64,000 nucleotides of DNA from Batkoa obscura (GCA_030770535.1 JASVEC010000012.1:558001-622000); one strand, 5' to 3'; counted from the first letter of the stretch, positions 37,609 to 53,095 are shown. Made by a program: numbers and translations. Notes: generated by a model not told the origin, from the letters alone.

Positions 37609-38249
37609 AGGGATGTTTTTCTTGGTTTTATTACTTTTTCCATTTTTTAAGTACTATTTGAGTGAAAAAGCACTATTTGAGTGGAAAGATTGATAGTGTG
37701 AAATATCGGTTCATTAGCTGTAGGATTGATTATAATATGATAATCAATTCAAAGTTCCTTATATAGATTTGCTGTGAGAATTGCTACCACCTGATCATGA
37801 AGAACTTGTTGTCCACGTTTTAATGTCCATACTTGGTAACTATAATGAAGAATAACTGTTGTAATGTTCTTTATATATACCCACCCAGTTGGAGTATAAA
37901 AGAGATCCCTCAACATACTAACTCGAGGCTTTTTAATTGGATTACTCCCTGATAACGTATCATTAATAAAGTCACTAAGTCTTTCTGACGACATCTTACA
38001 TAGATTTTACAGTAGTATCTTCTATTATATTTGTTTTACATAGTTCGTAGTTTATACGTATTATTTCTATTAAGTTAAGTCTATCTTAGTTACATAAACT
38101 AAGACCTTTTGATTTACGGCCAGTTAATTAAGCAAGACTAGCTTTTAACTCCGACCACTGAGTATCAACTTTCACACTAGTAAAATTCTTAAACACAAAA
38201 ATAGCGCTTAAAAAATGGAAAAAGCAATGAAGCCAAAAAAAACACCCCC
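37609..38249. mobile_element. Composite MITE-A element interrupted by a solo-LTR-like insertion
   Basis: MITE-A sequence at 37609-37696 resumes at 38177. Both ends derive from the same MITE terminus, giving ~50-bp inverted repeats. ATAT flanks. Confidence 0.75.
37697..38176 (-). mobile_element. Solo-LTR-like element, copy 2 (480 bp)
   Basis: Perfect TGTGAAA...TTTCACA termini. ATAG/CTAG flanks (imperfect 4-bp TSD at the MITE's TTAG site). Confidence 0.78.
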
Positions 38250-38847
38250 ATATATTAAAGACATAAATTCAAAAACAAAATTTAGACTAATTTTTAAATT
38301 CTGAAACTAATATGGACATCCCCATATAGTTAATATTAAAGTAACCTATCTAAAATAAAACTACTATTTTAAAAATATACAATTAAAAAAAAATCAAATT
38401 AAAATAAAAAATATAGTGTTATTATTGATAGTAGTTGATTTTTTAAATTTTCAAAATAAAAACTAAGTTTATTATGCTTCAGTTAAGCTTGGTAAAAAAA
38501 ATGCATGATAAAGGTTTTTATTTAAAAAGTGTATAATTATTTTAGATAAACTCAAACTAAGTTAAATATAAATATAATAAAAAATAATATGAATAATATG
38601 AATAATATGAAAACAGATGTTCTTGAGACTTTTAATTTTATTATAAAAGTTACTTTAAGTACTTTGATTTGATTCATTTTAACAAATTAAAAATAGACCG
38701 ACCAATAGTGACATATCTAATCTAAAATCAAGAATTTAATTTAATTTCATTTCAAATAACAAATCAATTAAATCAAAATAAAAAATTTCAGTATGAAATT
38801 AAAAGATTGGAAATTTTAAGGGGCTTCATTCTTTTTTGATTAAAAAT

Positions 38848-41251
<2,404 letters not shown>

Positions 41252-41500
41252 AGTGGGTTATTACATGGACAACTATGCTTTAAATATTATCAATTTCATT
41301 ATTTGATATATATATATAATATAACTCTATAACTATATAATAATTATTTTCTATTATTATTAATAAAGTAAAATAAGCTATATTCCAATATTCAATTATT
41401 AATTTATTAAAATCTAAAAACAACTATATTTATTAAATTTAAATTAGTACTCGAATAGAATATCTTATTGCATCAACATAAATCAAAGATATATAATATA

Positions 41501-43834
41501 TTAAGGTACTCTTGATTTAAATAAAGAAAATCGATCAATTGTATCTAAATTTAAATTTTTAGGTCGATAAACATCTTTATCATAACTTGATTCTAATTCT
41601 TTACGTATTATATTCGATTCCTATAATAAACTTGATTAAATTTTATTTTTTTAAAATAAAACAATCTTATTCTTACTTTATAAAAAGAATCCAAATCTTC
41701 TTTAGCCAACATTTTATCTTTAGTTTCTCTTATTTCATATTGTTTTAATTGATTTGTACTAAATTTTAATAAATGAATTCCAAGCAATAATTTAATCAAT
41801 GTTAAACTAAAATAAAATAGAAAAGAATTAATATTTCATTTTAAAAAATAAATAAATAAATAAAGTAATTTTCTCAATTACCTAATAATAATTAATAAAA
41901 CAATTAAAATATACAATGGAATATTAGAATCTTGAATAGTTGTAATAATTTCATGAATTATTTGGATTGGATTTTGTTGAAATTGATAATAAAAATTGGT
42001 TATAATTGTAACAGTTTCTTCTGAAAAGAAGCTATTAATATCTGTAAAATTAATCAATTGCATAGCCACTCGAATAATCTATAATAGTAATAATAATAAT
42101 AATAATAATATAATTAATTAATTCTACTATAACGATAATAAGTTCCATAAAAACTTACAAAACAAGTTAATGGAAAAATGGATAGACCAAGTCTTCTAGC
42201 CACGATAGACGATTGATCTGGGAATTTCTAATATAATAATAATAATAATATCATTGAATTTTTTTACTTAATATTTTTCAAGTTATAAACTACTTACTGT
42301 TAATGATGGACTATTTGTTTGATTTAATAGATGTTTTGGTGGCTTAGCAAAATCCTTACAAAGAATATCCAAATATCGTGTATAAACTGTAGGACGAATA
42401 TGATTGAATTTAGTAACAAAGGAGTGTTTAATCCAATCAACTAAAATTTCACAAATTAATATAATTACTGCAGGAGATAAAAAAAGATCAAAAGCAAAAT
42501 CAATGGAATTTGGCAAGAATTTCTGAAAACTTTTAGGCATAAGGATCTGCACCTCAGATACCCCAGAATTGATTAATTCCATCATATTTCTTAATGTAAT
42601 AGCTAATAAAAAAATCGTCAATTGAAACCTTTCCACAATATCACTACAAGTTAATTGAAATAAATTTTCCCTTTCAAATTTTTTAAATACAGCCCCTTTA
42701 ATTTCCACGAATTGATTGGACATCAATAAGGACAATAAAGCATCGTTATACGAATTGACCGATACATTTAAGGACATCATTTGATACAATAATACTGTTG
42801 TATGAAATGGAATATAAATCACGGCCGCTAAATATTGAATATATGGTTTTAAGGAATATTTAGTATGAATTTTATCCCCTAATGTTAAATTAGTAAAATA
42901 ACTATTTAATAAATCTTGTCCTAAAGAAGATAGTAATTTATCCGCAATTTCTAACATATTAAATATAACATATAATTTTACTACCGATTGACCTCGTACT
43001 ACATGATATAATTTGGATAAATCGACATAGCTTAAGATAATACAAGAAGTTATTATTAAGCTGCCTTTTACGAGATCACTCCATTGTGCATTTTTTAACC
43101 TGAATTTAATTTAAAGCCTATTAGATTTATTATTTCATATATATAATTTAATCAAATAAAGATGTAATTGACTATTTGTTATACTAAATTAAAGCTTACC
43201 TTTTTCTCCTTATTGGATAACTTAATATAGTTAATAAAGCCAATATTAACCTCAAAGGTAATATTGTAAAATTATATAAGACACTATTTAAACAAACGAG
43301 ATAACCGAAAACCATTAACTGATTTTTTTAAAATTAATTCAATCATTATTTTTTTCAAAGATTAAATTTAAATTCCTTACTTACCTTTTCAAACACTTTT
43401 GGTACTTTAAAAAAGTTGTATAATCTTTCCCCTTTCATTTCATATTCTTTATCAAAATCATTCAATTCCAATTCCCCTTTTAAATGTTCAAATAAACTAA
43501 AGCTTTTATTAAATTCCATTCCTACATCCTCATTCAATACCTCAGGAATCGGTGTCAATTTGTTATCTTTTGTCAATAATAAATTTAATGCCTCAGGTTT
43601 GGAATATTTATTTGATGATTTTTTATCATTAGTTAGTTTCGATTTTATTATTTCTTCAATATCAGGTATACTGTCTGGAGTTGTTGGTAGAGTGTCAATG
43701 TGATTGGGGATTAGATCCGATTTTAATTTTAAGGAAAAATTGGGTTTTTGGGTAATTGCTGGTTTTTTAAGAAGATTAGGGGAGCTTTCTTTATCAATAC
43801 TTTTACTCTTATTTCGATTTTTTCTTTTTCCCAT
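41501..43834 (-). CDS. EMP65: TAPT1/Emp65 (DUF747) ER membrane protein, multi-exon
   Basis: KIYHVVRGQSVVKLYVIFNMLEIADKL, LNVSVNSYNDALLSLLMSNQFVEIKGAVFKKF, SDIVERF, EILVDWIKHSFVTKFN. Ends IDRFSLFKSRVP*. Confidence 0.92.
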
Positions 43835-44300
43835 TTTCTTAAATGGTATATATTGAAATTGAATTTAAAACTCCAGCTATTATTTTTTTTATGCATTTGA
43901 TGCTCCTTGTTAATTGGCTGAGGCTAAAAGTTTGATATCATATAAAACTTAGATTGCTAAAATTGATTAGATTTATCACTCAGTAGTGCTAAGTATAGAG
44001 CTTCAAGATTATAGAAATAAATGTTAAATAATTTAATATCCTTAAGTCACAATTGTTTTAAATTTTATTATTCTTTTTAAACTAGAAATAAAAAAGTTAG
44101 CGTAAAGATATACAAAATAGTCAATAGTAAATTTGATTATTGAATTTAATAATACCAGATTTGATTTATTACACTATACAATTTCGTTATTTATTGAGAT
44201 AAAATACTAACTTACGTTCTACTAGAACCTTATCTCTTGAACCGAAACTTCCACCATCTATCTATATTTAATAATCCTCATTTCCCACTATCAACTTCAT

Positions 44301-45007
44301 CTAGTTATTTTTCAAATACCCCATGGCTTCAAAGCTCAATTGGACATACTCTTCCATCTCTTGGATGATACCAATCTTCTCAAGCACCATTTTCACTTTT
44401 TCCATTTCTTTTGAAAATTTATTAAATGAAGACCAATCATTGATACCATTATAATCAAAATTTAATATTAATTCCAATTTTTGATCAACATCGGATTGAT
44501 AATAGATAGTAAGTATATTGATCCAACCGAGTATTTGTTCTTGTTTCGGGAGGATGGATTCAATTAGTATAATATTAGTGATTACACAAGTTACTTCAGA
44601 AGAAGTACTGGTTTTGATTAACTTATTGTTAGCACAAGTTTTGTTTATATCGGCTAAAGATTTTATTAATAATTGTTGTTTTTTCAATTGTGATAGTATG
44701 TTTTTTAATGTTAATTCGCTCTTCATTGCTATTATTCCAATAGTCCTATCGTTCATGTCAAGTAAAATTTCATCATCTAGATACGGAATTAAAGTAAGAT
44801 AAAGTTAATAACTTTTTTTAGAGTTAGAGTATATCAAGTCTTACTTTTTCCTTGTAAAAGTTGTATCTTTTGCCGATAATAATGATTTAAATCATCTAAT
44901 AAAATATCACGTTGGTTTATTATTTGTTGAAATTCTTTTTCGATAGTTAGTAATTGCCGAATTGTTTGAAGACATTTGTTTTGTTGAATTAGAGTATGAT
45001 ATTTCAT
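44301..45007 (-). CDS. Hypothetical helical protein, 2 exons
   Basis: ORFs 44834-45046 (probable ATG at 45007) and 44301-44756 are linked by a GTAAGA...CTAG intron. No family recognised. Confidence 0.6.
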
Positions 45008-45088
45008 TTTAAAAAAAATTAATATCGAAAAAAGTAAAAAAATCAAAAATAGTCAATTTTTCAGAAAATTCTTTTTTGAGTTTATTTT

Positions 45089-47165
45089 TTAATCCCAACA
45101 TTCCACTTGATATCGCCATTTTTTCTTCATTTCAATTAAATATTCCTCTGGGTTATCCACTACTTCACTTAATATTTCTTTGAATGCCTTTTCTACCCCT
45201 TTAGGCATGTTTTTAGAACTTCTATTAAACATTAATATTAATAAAATAGAATATTAATTCTATAGATATATAACTTACCCACAAGTAAAAACATAAGCAT
45301 TTTGATTGAATATCAAATCAATCAACATCTCCCTATATTTTATAATCAAATCCTGAACATAAACTTTTTGATCCTAAAAAAATAATATTAACAATAAATC
45401 AATAGAAGAACAAGTTATTTACTGTATCTCTTGAATAAGCTGTTTTAAACCATAGTTTATTATCTTTTTCATATCCTTGAAATTCCTCATAAAAATAATT
45501 ATCTTTATTAAAATACCGACAGCCAAATAATAAATAATTATTATAACATTGATTTTTAATACGATATTCAATTACACTACGAAAAGGGGCTACTCCTAAA
45601 CCAGGACCTATCATGATTATTGGGATTGTAAGATCCGTTGGGAATTTCATACTACCTTTTTTAAGTTTAATAGCTATACTATTATTTTCTATTAAATTAA
45701 ATTGTTATTTATTATTTTTATTCAAGAATGCTATTAAAATACCTTTCAATTCTTTTTTAATAAACATTCCCATCAATCCAGTCCTCAACTTTTTCATTCG
45801 ACTTTTATATTCCACTATTCCCACTAATAATTCTACTCTTTTCTTATTATAACTTGAAATTGAAAAAGAACGAGTTTGAATTAATGGAAACATATCTAAC
45901 AAATAATTTATATTTATTTTATAAGATTGAAAATCATTTAAACATTCAATGATAGTTCTTCTTGGTTTTTGAACATAATCTAATAGTTCTTCACTATCTT
46001 TTAAGAATTCTTGAATTTTTTCCATTTCAAGTGAGTCATTACTGAAATGTAATAAATATTCAAAAAAAGTACGTTTAGGGATACTGTGGATATCAATATA
46101 TTTCTTAATTAAATCTCTTAGTTTTATTGGTTTATTATTTAAACTTGTTGGTAATTGTCGAACTTTACAATTAATATTAATATTAATAATTTAGTTGAAT
46201 AATAATATATAGGGTTTACTTACTCTTATTAACATTTTCAATTAAATAATAATTCTCTTTTAATTCATTTATATTTAACAAATTAATAAATTCATCTACT
46301 TCACTATCAATATTCTCTGGTTTAATTAAAGCAATATCACCCATATTATAACTAAATAAAGTGAATAATAAATAAGACATCTTTTATCATAGTATAACAC
46401 TCACTCTAGTTCCGCTTTTTCTATTGATTCAAATATCAAACGTCTGCTATCTTGAAAATGATCTTTCGAAGTAACTCTTTCATTTTTAATAACATTAAAT
46501 TTTATCCAGTTTTCTTCCAAAACTTCTTCCTCTTTATAATCCACTTGATTTATTTCCTTTCCAATTAATTTCAATTGAAATGAAGCTGGAGGTAACAAAT
46601 ACTCTTCTGTTTTCTCAAAACTTCTATTTTCTATATTTAATAAATTTTCAATCAGTTCTTTTTCCCAAGGTATATAAGCACCATCAACACTAAAACAAAA
46701 AATATTTAATAATCAATCCTATTTCCAAATTTCCCTCTCATCCCTTTTAACCACTTACCCTAAGTAATGACGGTCATCCCCATCCCCTCTATCTAAAATA
46801 CTCTCCCCACCTAACATTTTTAATCTTTTAAATAATTTTTTACTTGTAAAATTAAATTTTTCGTATGAAGAATCCCCTAATCCAAATACACTAAAATTCA
46901 AATGATCTAAAAAATCCATAGGTAAGTTTCGTCTTAATAAAAACTTCCAAAACTGTTTCATATTGTCCGGTTCCTCGCCTTCTCCCGTCGTGCTACAGAT
47001 AAACAATATCATTTCATCTTCTAATATATCTTCGATTGGGTAAGAGTCCATAAAGCCGATAAATGTGATATTGAAACCATGGCGATAAAGGCTATTGTAT
47101 AAGCGTAAGGATAGATCACAAGCATATCCAGTTTGAGAACCATAAAGAATTTTGATATTGAGCAT
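45089..47165 (-). CDS. TAH18: NADPH-dependent diflavin oxidoreductase 1 (Tah18/NDOR1), multi-exon
   Basis: ILYGSQTG, CSTTGEGEEPDNMKQFWKFLLRRNLP, FGLGDSSYEKFN, RSFSISS, MIGPGLGVAPFRS, FGCR, AYSRD. Ends RYQVECWD*. Confidence 0.94.
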
Positions 47166-47343
47166 TTATTTTTAAAATTTTAAAAAATAAAGGAATTTTT
47201 TTATATGTTCGATTTTATTATTACTGATTTATATTCTTCATCTGATAAGCTTATCTCAATTTGAATGCTAATTGGCTAACACCAAATCTTGGTCTAAATT
47301 TATGCACCTATTTTTAGTAAATTTAAAATTTATCATTTTTAAC

Positions 47344-48610
47344 ATGAGATTTTTACGTCGATTTAGTAGTCAAGTGAGTGACCTTATCCATACGGATACC
47401 GTCATCATTGGTGGTGGTGTGGTCGGTTGTGCTATTGGACATATATTAAATCAATCTCAAAGATATGATCAACATAATATGATATTAATTGAAAAAAATG
47501 AAACTGTTGGGATGGAAACTAGGTAAGTTTTATGAAATTGGAACTATTTGAGTTATAGGATTTAAAAGGTATGATATTAATTAAAATTATAGTAGTCGAA
47601 ATAGCGAAGTAATTCATGCGGGTATTTATTACGAAAAAGATAGTAATAAAGAGCGTATGTGTTTAAGAGGGAAGGAGCTTTTATATCAATATTGTAAACA
47701 AAATAAAGTAAATTATAATCAAATTGGCAAATGGATAGTAGCACAAGATGAATCAGAACAAATTGATTATTTAAAGAAATTAAAAGAGAAGAGTCAAGAT
47801 TTGGGTATAAATTTAAAGTATATATCAGAAACTGAGATAAGTCAAAAGGAACCTAATATCAAAGCAAAGCTTGGGTTGATATCAGAAACGACGGGAATAA
47901 TTGATTCGCATGAGTATATTCATTCATTATTATTTAACTATATGAAATCATCACAACAAATCTTTTTAGATAATACTAAAGTTTTAGATGTGATGAAAAC
48001 AAATAATAATTATGGTTATTTGGTCAAAATATTACATCTTAAAATCAATCAAGTAGTATTAATTCAATGTAATAACGTAATTAATTGTGCTGGTTTACAA
48101 GCAGATAAAATAGGCAATTTATTGAATGAATTAGTTGATGAAAAAAAAGAAAGGTTTGAGTATACTTATTGTAAAGGCAATTATTTTTCATATAATGGAA
48201 AAGTAGCAAATCGATTGATTTATCCAATACCAGATAAAAAATTAACAAGTTTAGGGACTCATTTAACGTTGGATTTGAATGGTAAAACTAAATTTGGTCC
48301 TGATGTAGAATATTTGAGTGATAGAAACATTGACTATCAAGTTAACGAAGAACGTCGAAATACTTTTTTTAACGCTGCATCTCAATATGTATTAAATTTA
48401 AAAGAAGAAAAGTTTTTACCTGATTATTCAGGTATTAGACCAAAATTATCAATATCTACGGATAGTAATAATAATAAAATTCAAGATTTTTATATGAAAC
48501 AATTAAATACTCAAAACCGTGGAAATTTAATTAATTTAATAGGTATTGAATCACCAGGATTAACTAGTTCTTTAGCTATTGCAGAATGGGTTAAAAATAA
48601 ATTAATTTAG
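47344..48610 (+). CDS. L2HGDH: L-2-hydroxyglutarate dehydrogenase (mitochondrial), 2 exons
   Basis: MRFLRRFSS presequence, IIGGGVVG, ETSSRNSEVIHAGIYY across the intron, LIYPIP, LGTHLTLDL, FGPDVE, YSGIRPK, GIESPGLTSSLAIAE. Confidence 0.93.
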
Positions 48611-48684
48611 TTAAAAATAAAACATCAACATTATTATTTTCTTATTTATACTTATATTTTATTAATCATTACTGTTAGTAACTC

Positions 48685-49716
48685 TTAACTTTCACCAAAC
48701 TTACTAGTAAATTTACAAGTAATTTTATCACATAATTTAGAATTTTCAGTTTCCTTATTTGGTCCTAATTTATCAAAAAATATAAGCCCTGATGCTTTTT
48801 CAATACTTTCAATTGAAGTGCTAAACTTTACTAAAGGTTCATCTTCGGGTATCTTAGCGTTAGGTAATAAGAAACCGGCTAAATACGGATTGCCCCCCTC
48901 TTTAGGCATGACCAATAAAACTTTAAAAAAATGAGTAGGAACTGCAATATTTGGTGGATTACCAATCACTTCATATTGAACATACCATTTCTCTTTATCA
49001 GGAAATCCATCTCCTTTTTTAGGTAAATATAAAGGACCTGTAATCACATAAACTTTATCAAATTGTTTTGTTAAACCTCGACAAAACTCTTCTAAATAAG
49101 CCCAATAATGTCGATTAAAACCAACACCTACTTGAGGTGCCATATTAGTTAAATAAAAGGTTTCATCCATAGCGGATTGACTGTATTTCACATCACCAGC
49201 GGGTGCCATGTGACCTCGATCATAACCACTTTTGGCGTAGTCTTTGAGTAAACCACGGAAGAGTTTGGGAATACTATCATCTTCTTTGAATTTCGATTTA
49301 TCTCGATCAGCTCCTGTTTGGTTCAGTTTGGCTTCAGTTAACACTTCAATTACAAAATTAGGATTACGTAGCTGGCGGTTATAAGAGCCCATATAAGCAT
49401 CACGACTTATTGAATCGGAGATGGGACCTGAAATAAGTTATTAAAGGCTGGTAAATAATAGGCGATAATGATTCTTACCTGGATAACCATACTTTAATAA
49501 ATCCTCTTGTTTTTCATTACGTTTAATTAAATGTAGGCCGTAGTTGGTTTTCATATCTGAGTTATTATAATCGTTATAAACTAGATCACGACGTGCTAAG
49601 GTTTGGTAGGATGTCATGCCAGTACTTGTACCAACAATGAAATAGGTGGATAGGATACCGATACTGGCTCCACCAATGAATATACTTAATCGTTCGATAT
49701 TTTGGGTCCAAAACAT
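48685..49716 (-). CDS. NUC1: Endonuclease G / Nuc1 DNA/RNA non-specific nuclease, copy 1, 2 exons
   Basis: LKYGYPGP, SGYDRGHMAPA (DRGH catalytic motif), AMDETFYLTNMAPQVGVGFNRHYW, VPTHFFKV. Confidence 0.93.
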
Positions 49717-50604
49717 ATGAATTATTTGTAAGTGAAAACGAAAGGATATTTTAATAAGATTGAATTTTGAAGCATTTTATACCTGGAACTCAGTGAATTA
49801 ATTTTCTATCAGAGCTAAAATTCGAAACATGGCTCTTTTATTATTATTCGTACTAAAATTCAAAGTTAACTATAAGATTTTTAAATTACCTAAAGTAGTA
49901 ATTTAAGTTGAATTTCGATCTCTCACAGATTTAATGTCAATTTTTTTTAGCTTTTATAGACTGACCCATGGATAACTATAAGTAAATGACTTAACAAAAT
50001 ATAACAGAATACTAAAAAAACAGTATCAATCAAATTCGATTATTTATTTAAGTAAAATACATTGAAATTATTAGAAGTCAATGCGATTTAAAATAAACTT
50101 ATCTTTTGCTAAAATTGGTGGAACTATTTTAGCAGCACGTGTACTTTTTGTAAAGTCATCTGGTTACAATGATTCATTGTTTGGTATATAAAAAGAAAGT
50201 ATGAATGTGAAACTATTAATTCTATTGTAAAATTTAGACTTAGAAAATGCAATAGTCTAAAAGCAGTAACGCCAGAGCTTTACATAATCAGATCCGACTA
50301 GTTGAATGTAACATGTGCAAAAGCAATTATAAAACTAAGCCAATTACTGGTTGAGGAAAATCTCACGAAGAAGTTAAATTACCATTCTTTTTGTAATCGG
50401 ATATCAGTGTAAAAAATTGGCTGATGTAGAAAAGATATTGAGCTCAAGGATCAATGTGCTAAAGAATCCTAATACTTGTCAATACTCTTTACAATTTATG
50501 TCTGATGACAGTAAGAAAATATAAGAGAACTGTGCCTAGAAAGATACAAGCTTTTCAAACCCACTTGGCTGTCTCAAAAAAAGATTTCGACAAGTACCGA
50601 TGTT

Positions 50605-50727
50605 TGAAACAATTAAATACTTAATATCGAGGCAGTTTAATTAATTTAATAGGTATTGAATCGCCAAGATTAACTAGTTCTTTAGCTATTGCAGAATGGG
50701 TTAAAAATAAATTAATTTAATTAAAAA
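50605..50727 (+). pseudogene. Duplicated 3' fragment of L2HGDH, carried along with the EndoG tandem duplication
   Basis: Near-identical to 48495-48617 (LINLIGIESPRLTSSLAIAEWVKNKLI*), offset 2110 bp. Confidence 0.88.
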
Positions 50728-50784
50728 AGTGCACAATCTGTTCTACTATTTTTTATTTTTATTTCTATTTTATTTCACTATCTA

Positions 50785-51814
50785 CTATTGTTGATAGCTC
50801 TTAACTTTCTCAATAAATTTACTATTTAATTTACAAGTAATTTTATCACATAATTTAGAATTTTCAGTTTCCTTATTTGGTCCTAATTTATCAAAAAATA
50901 TAAGCCCTGATGCTTTTTCAATACTTTCAATTGAAGTACTAAATCTTTCCAAGGGTACTTCTTCGGGTATCTTAGCATTAGGCAGTAAAAATGCCCCTAA
51001 ATACGGACTACCTCCACCTTTAGGAACGGCCAATAAAACTTTAAAAAAATGAGTAGGAACTGCAATATTTGGTGGATTACCAATCACTTCATATTGAACA
51101 TACCATTTCTCTTTATCAGGAAATCCATCTCCTTTTTTAGGTAAATATAAAGGACCTGTAATCACATAAACTTTATCAAATTGTTTTGTTAAACCTCGAC
51201 AAAACTCTTCTAAATAAGCCCAATAATGTCGATTAAAACCAACACCTACTTGAGGTGCCATATTAGTTAAATAAAAGGTTTCATCCATAGCGGATTGACT
51301 GTATTTAACGTCAGCAGCGGGGACCATGTGACCTCGATCATAACCACTTTTGGCGTAGTCTTTGAGTAAACTACGGAAGAGTTTGGGGATATTGTTATCT
51401 TCTTTGAATTTACTATTGCCTCTATCGGCACCGCTTTTATTAATTAAATTCGCCTCTGTCAACTCTTCAATTACAAAATTAGGGTTACGTAATTGGCGAT
51501 TGTAAGAACCTATATAAGCTTCGCGACGTATTGGGTCGGAGATAGGACCTTTATAATTGAATTATATTTGATTATTAATTAAAATAGAAGGATAAGATAT
51601 GTCTTTTATAATTACCTGGATAACCATATTTTAATAAATCTCCTAATTTATTATTGGTTTTGATTAAATGTTGATCATAATTTGATTTAATTTGAGAATT
51701 ATTGTAATCATTATGCACTCGATCGCGACGTGATAGGGTTTGATAAGATATGATACCAATGCTAGCCCCACCAATGAAATAGGCTAATCGTTCTATATTA
51801 CGTGTCCGAAACAT
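50785..51814 (-). CDS. NUC1: Endonuclease G / Nuc1, copy 2, 2 exons
   Basis: SGYDRGHMVPA motif intact. Same intron position as copy 1. N-terminus is 12 aa shorter. Confidence 0.93.
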
Positions 51815-52031
51815 TGAATTTTATAAGTGAAAGAGAAATAAATTTTTTAAGAAGTAAATTTTGAGTTATTCAGCTCCTAAACACAATTAAAGTAATTTTA
51901 GTTACGAATAAAATACGAAACATTTCAATTTAAAAAAATAGGGTATGATTTTTAATAGAATTATTATTGATAGTTAATATTTATTTAATACTGTCTTTTT
52001 CTTATTTAAGAGATATAAAAATGTAATTGGT

Positions 52032-52728
52032 TTATTCCAATTTATCCAAATGATCTAATCTAGTAAGTATAACAGATTTGGATGTTTCTTCAATTTCACC
52101 AGCTAAAAAGACTTCGTCTAAGATAGCATAAACCTAAAATTAAATTAATCATCAAAAAAATCACTTAACACTACAATCATATATAATAAAAAGCGTTAAT
52201 AAAAAAAGACTTTTAAACTTACTTTATAAAAATTAAATACTAAATCCAATTCACAAACATTACCAAAGAAAGAATCCAATACTTCAACAAAGAAATGAAT
52301 ACCTTCTAAATAAGCTAATTCATTATCATTTGAATCCACACAAAAACAAAAAAATAATCCAGCATAACGACGATAAACTACTTTGTAATTACGATACTAA
52401 ATAAATTTCATATTAAAAATAATATTTGATTTATTCTTTATTCTTTTTTTTCTTTTTAATCAATAGTTGCTTTTAATGTGATAATTATTTTAATAGAAGG
52501 ATTTACTTACCTCTACAAAATTGGATTGATTTTTTTGATCCCTTGGTGCAATTAATCGATGTACTTCTCCTTTTATTTTGATCTTTTCTTCATCTTCATA
52601 AGGTACATACCATTTAGCTAACCTCGTTTTTCCTTGACGATTTTGTACTAAGATAAATCTTATCTATTGAGTTTTAAAAGGGGTTAGATTTTTTGAGTTG
52701 GTTGAGGATAATAGATAGAATATACCAT
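52032..52728 (-). CDS. APS2: AP-2 complex sigma subunit, 4 exons (first coding exon is the ATG only); absent from the ORF track
   Basis: [28 protein letters not shown]...[25 protein letters not shown]...[32 protein letters not shown]...LDKLE*. Confidence 0.94.
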
Positions 52729-53095
52729 TTTGATTTATAAATAATTTATAGAAAAGGTTCAATTAGTTTAATAAAATATTTAAAGTGGCTTTGTAATTAT
52801 TTGAATTACAGTTTCTTCGAGATTAATGTTTATTGGTTGGAACAATTATGATTTAGTTAAAATTTGAAATCTTTGAACTTTGTTGAGTTTAATATGAAAT
52901 TATTTAATAACAATAATCAGATTAAAAATAACAATAATAAAAATAAAGAACAGAAGATTATAATACCAGGTATTGAAGAGATTGAGGTAGATTTAATAGT
53001 ATACTTGTAGTTAAAATGAATTTATTATTTTCAAAAGCCAATTCAAAGATATTATGGCTTTAAATCACAAGTTAATTATATATTGAAAAAAGAGT

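Noticed and set aside
37749..37994. 81-aa ORF
   Set aside because: It lies within the solo-LTR-like repeat, and the homologous frame in copy 1 has stops.
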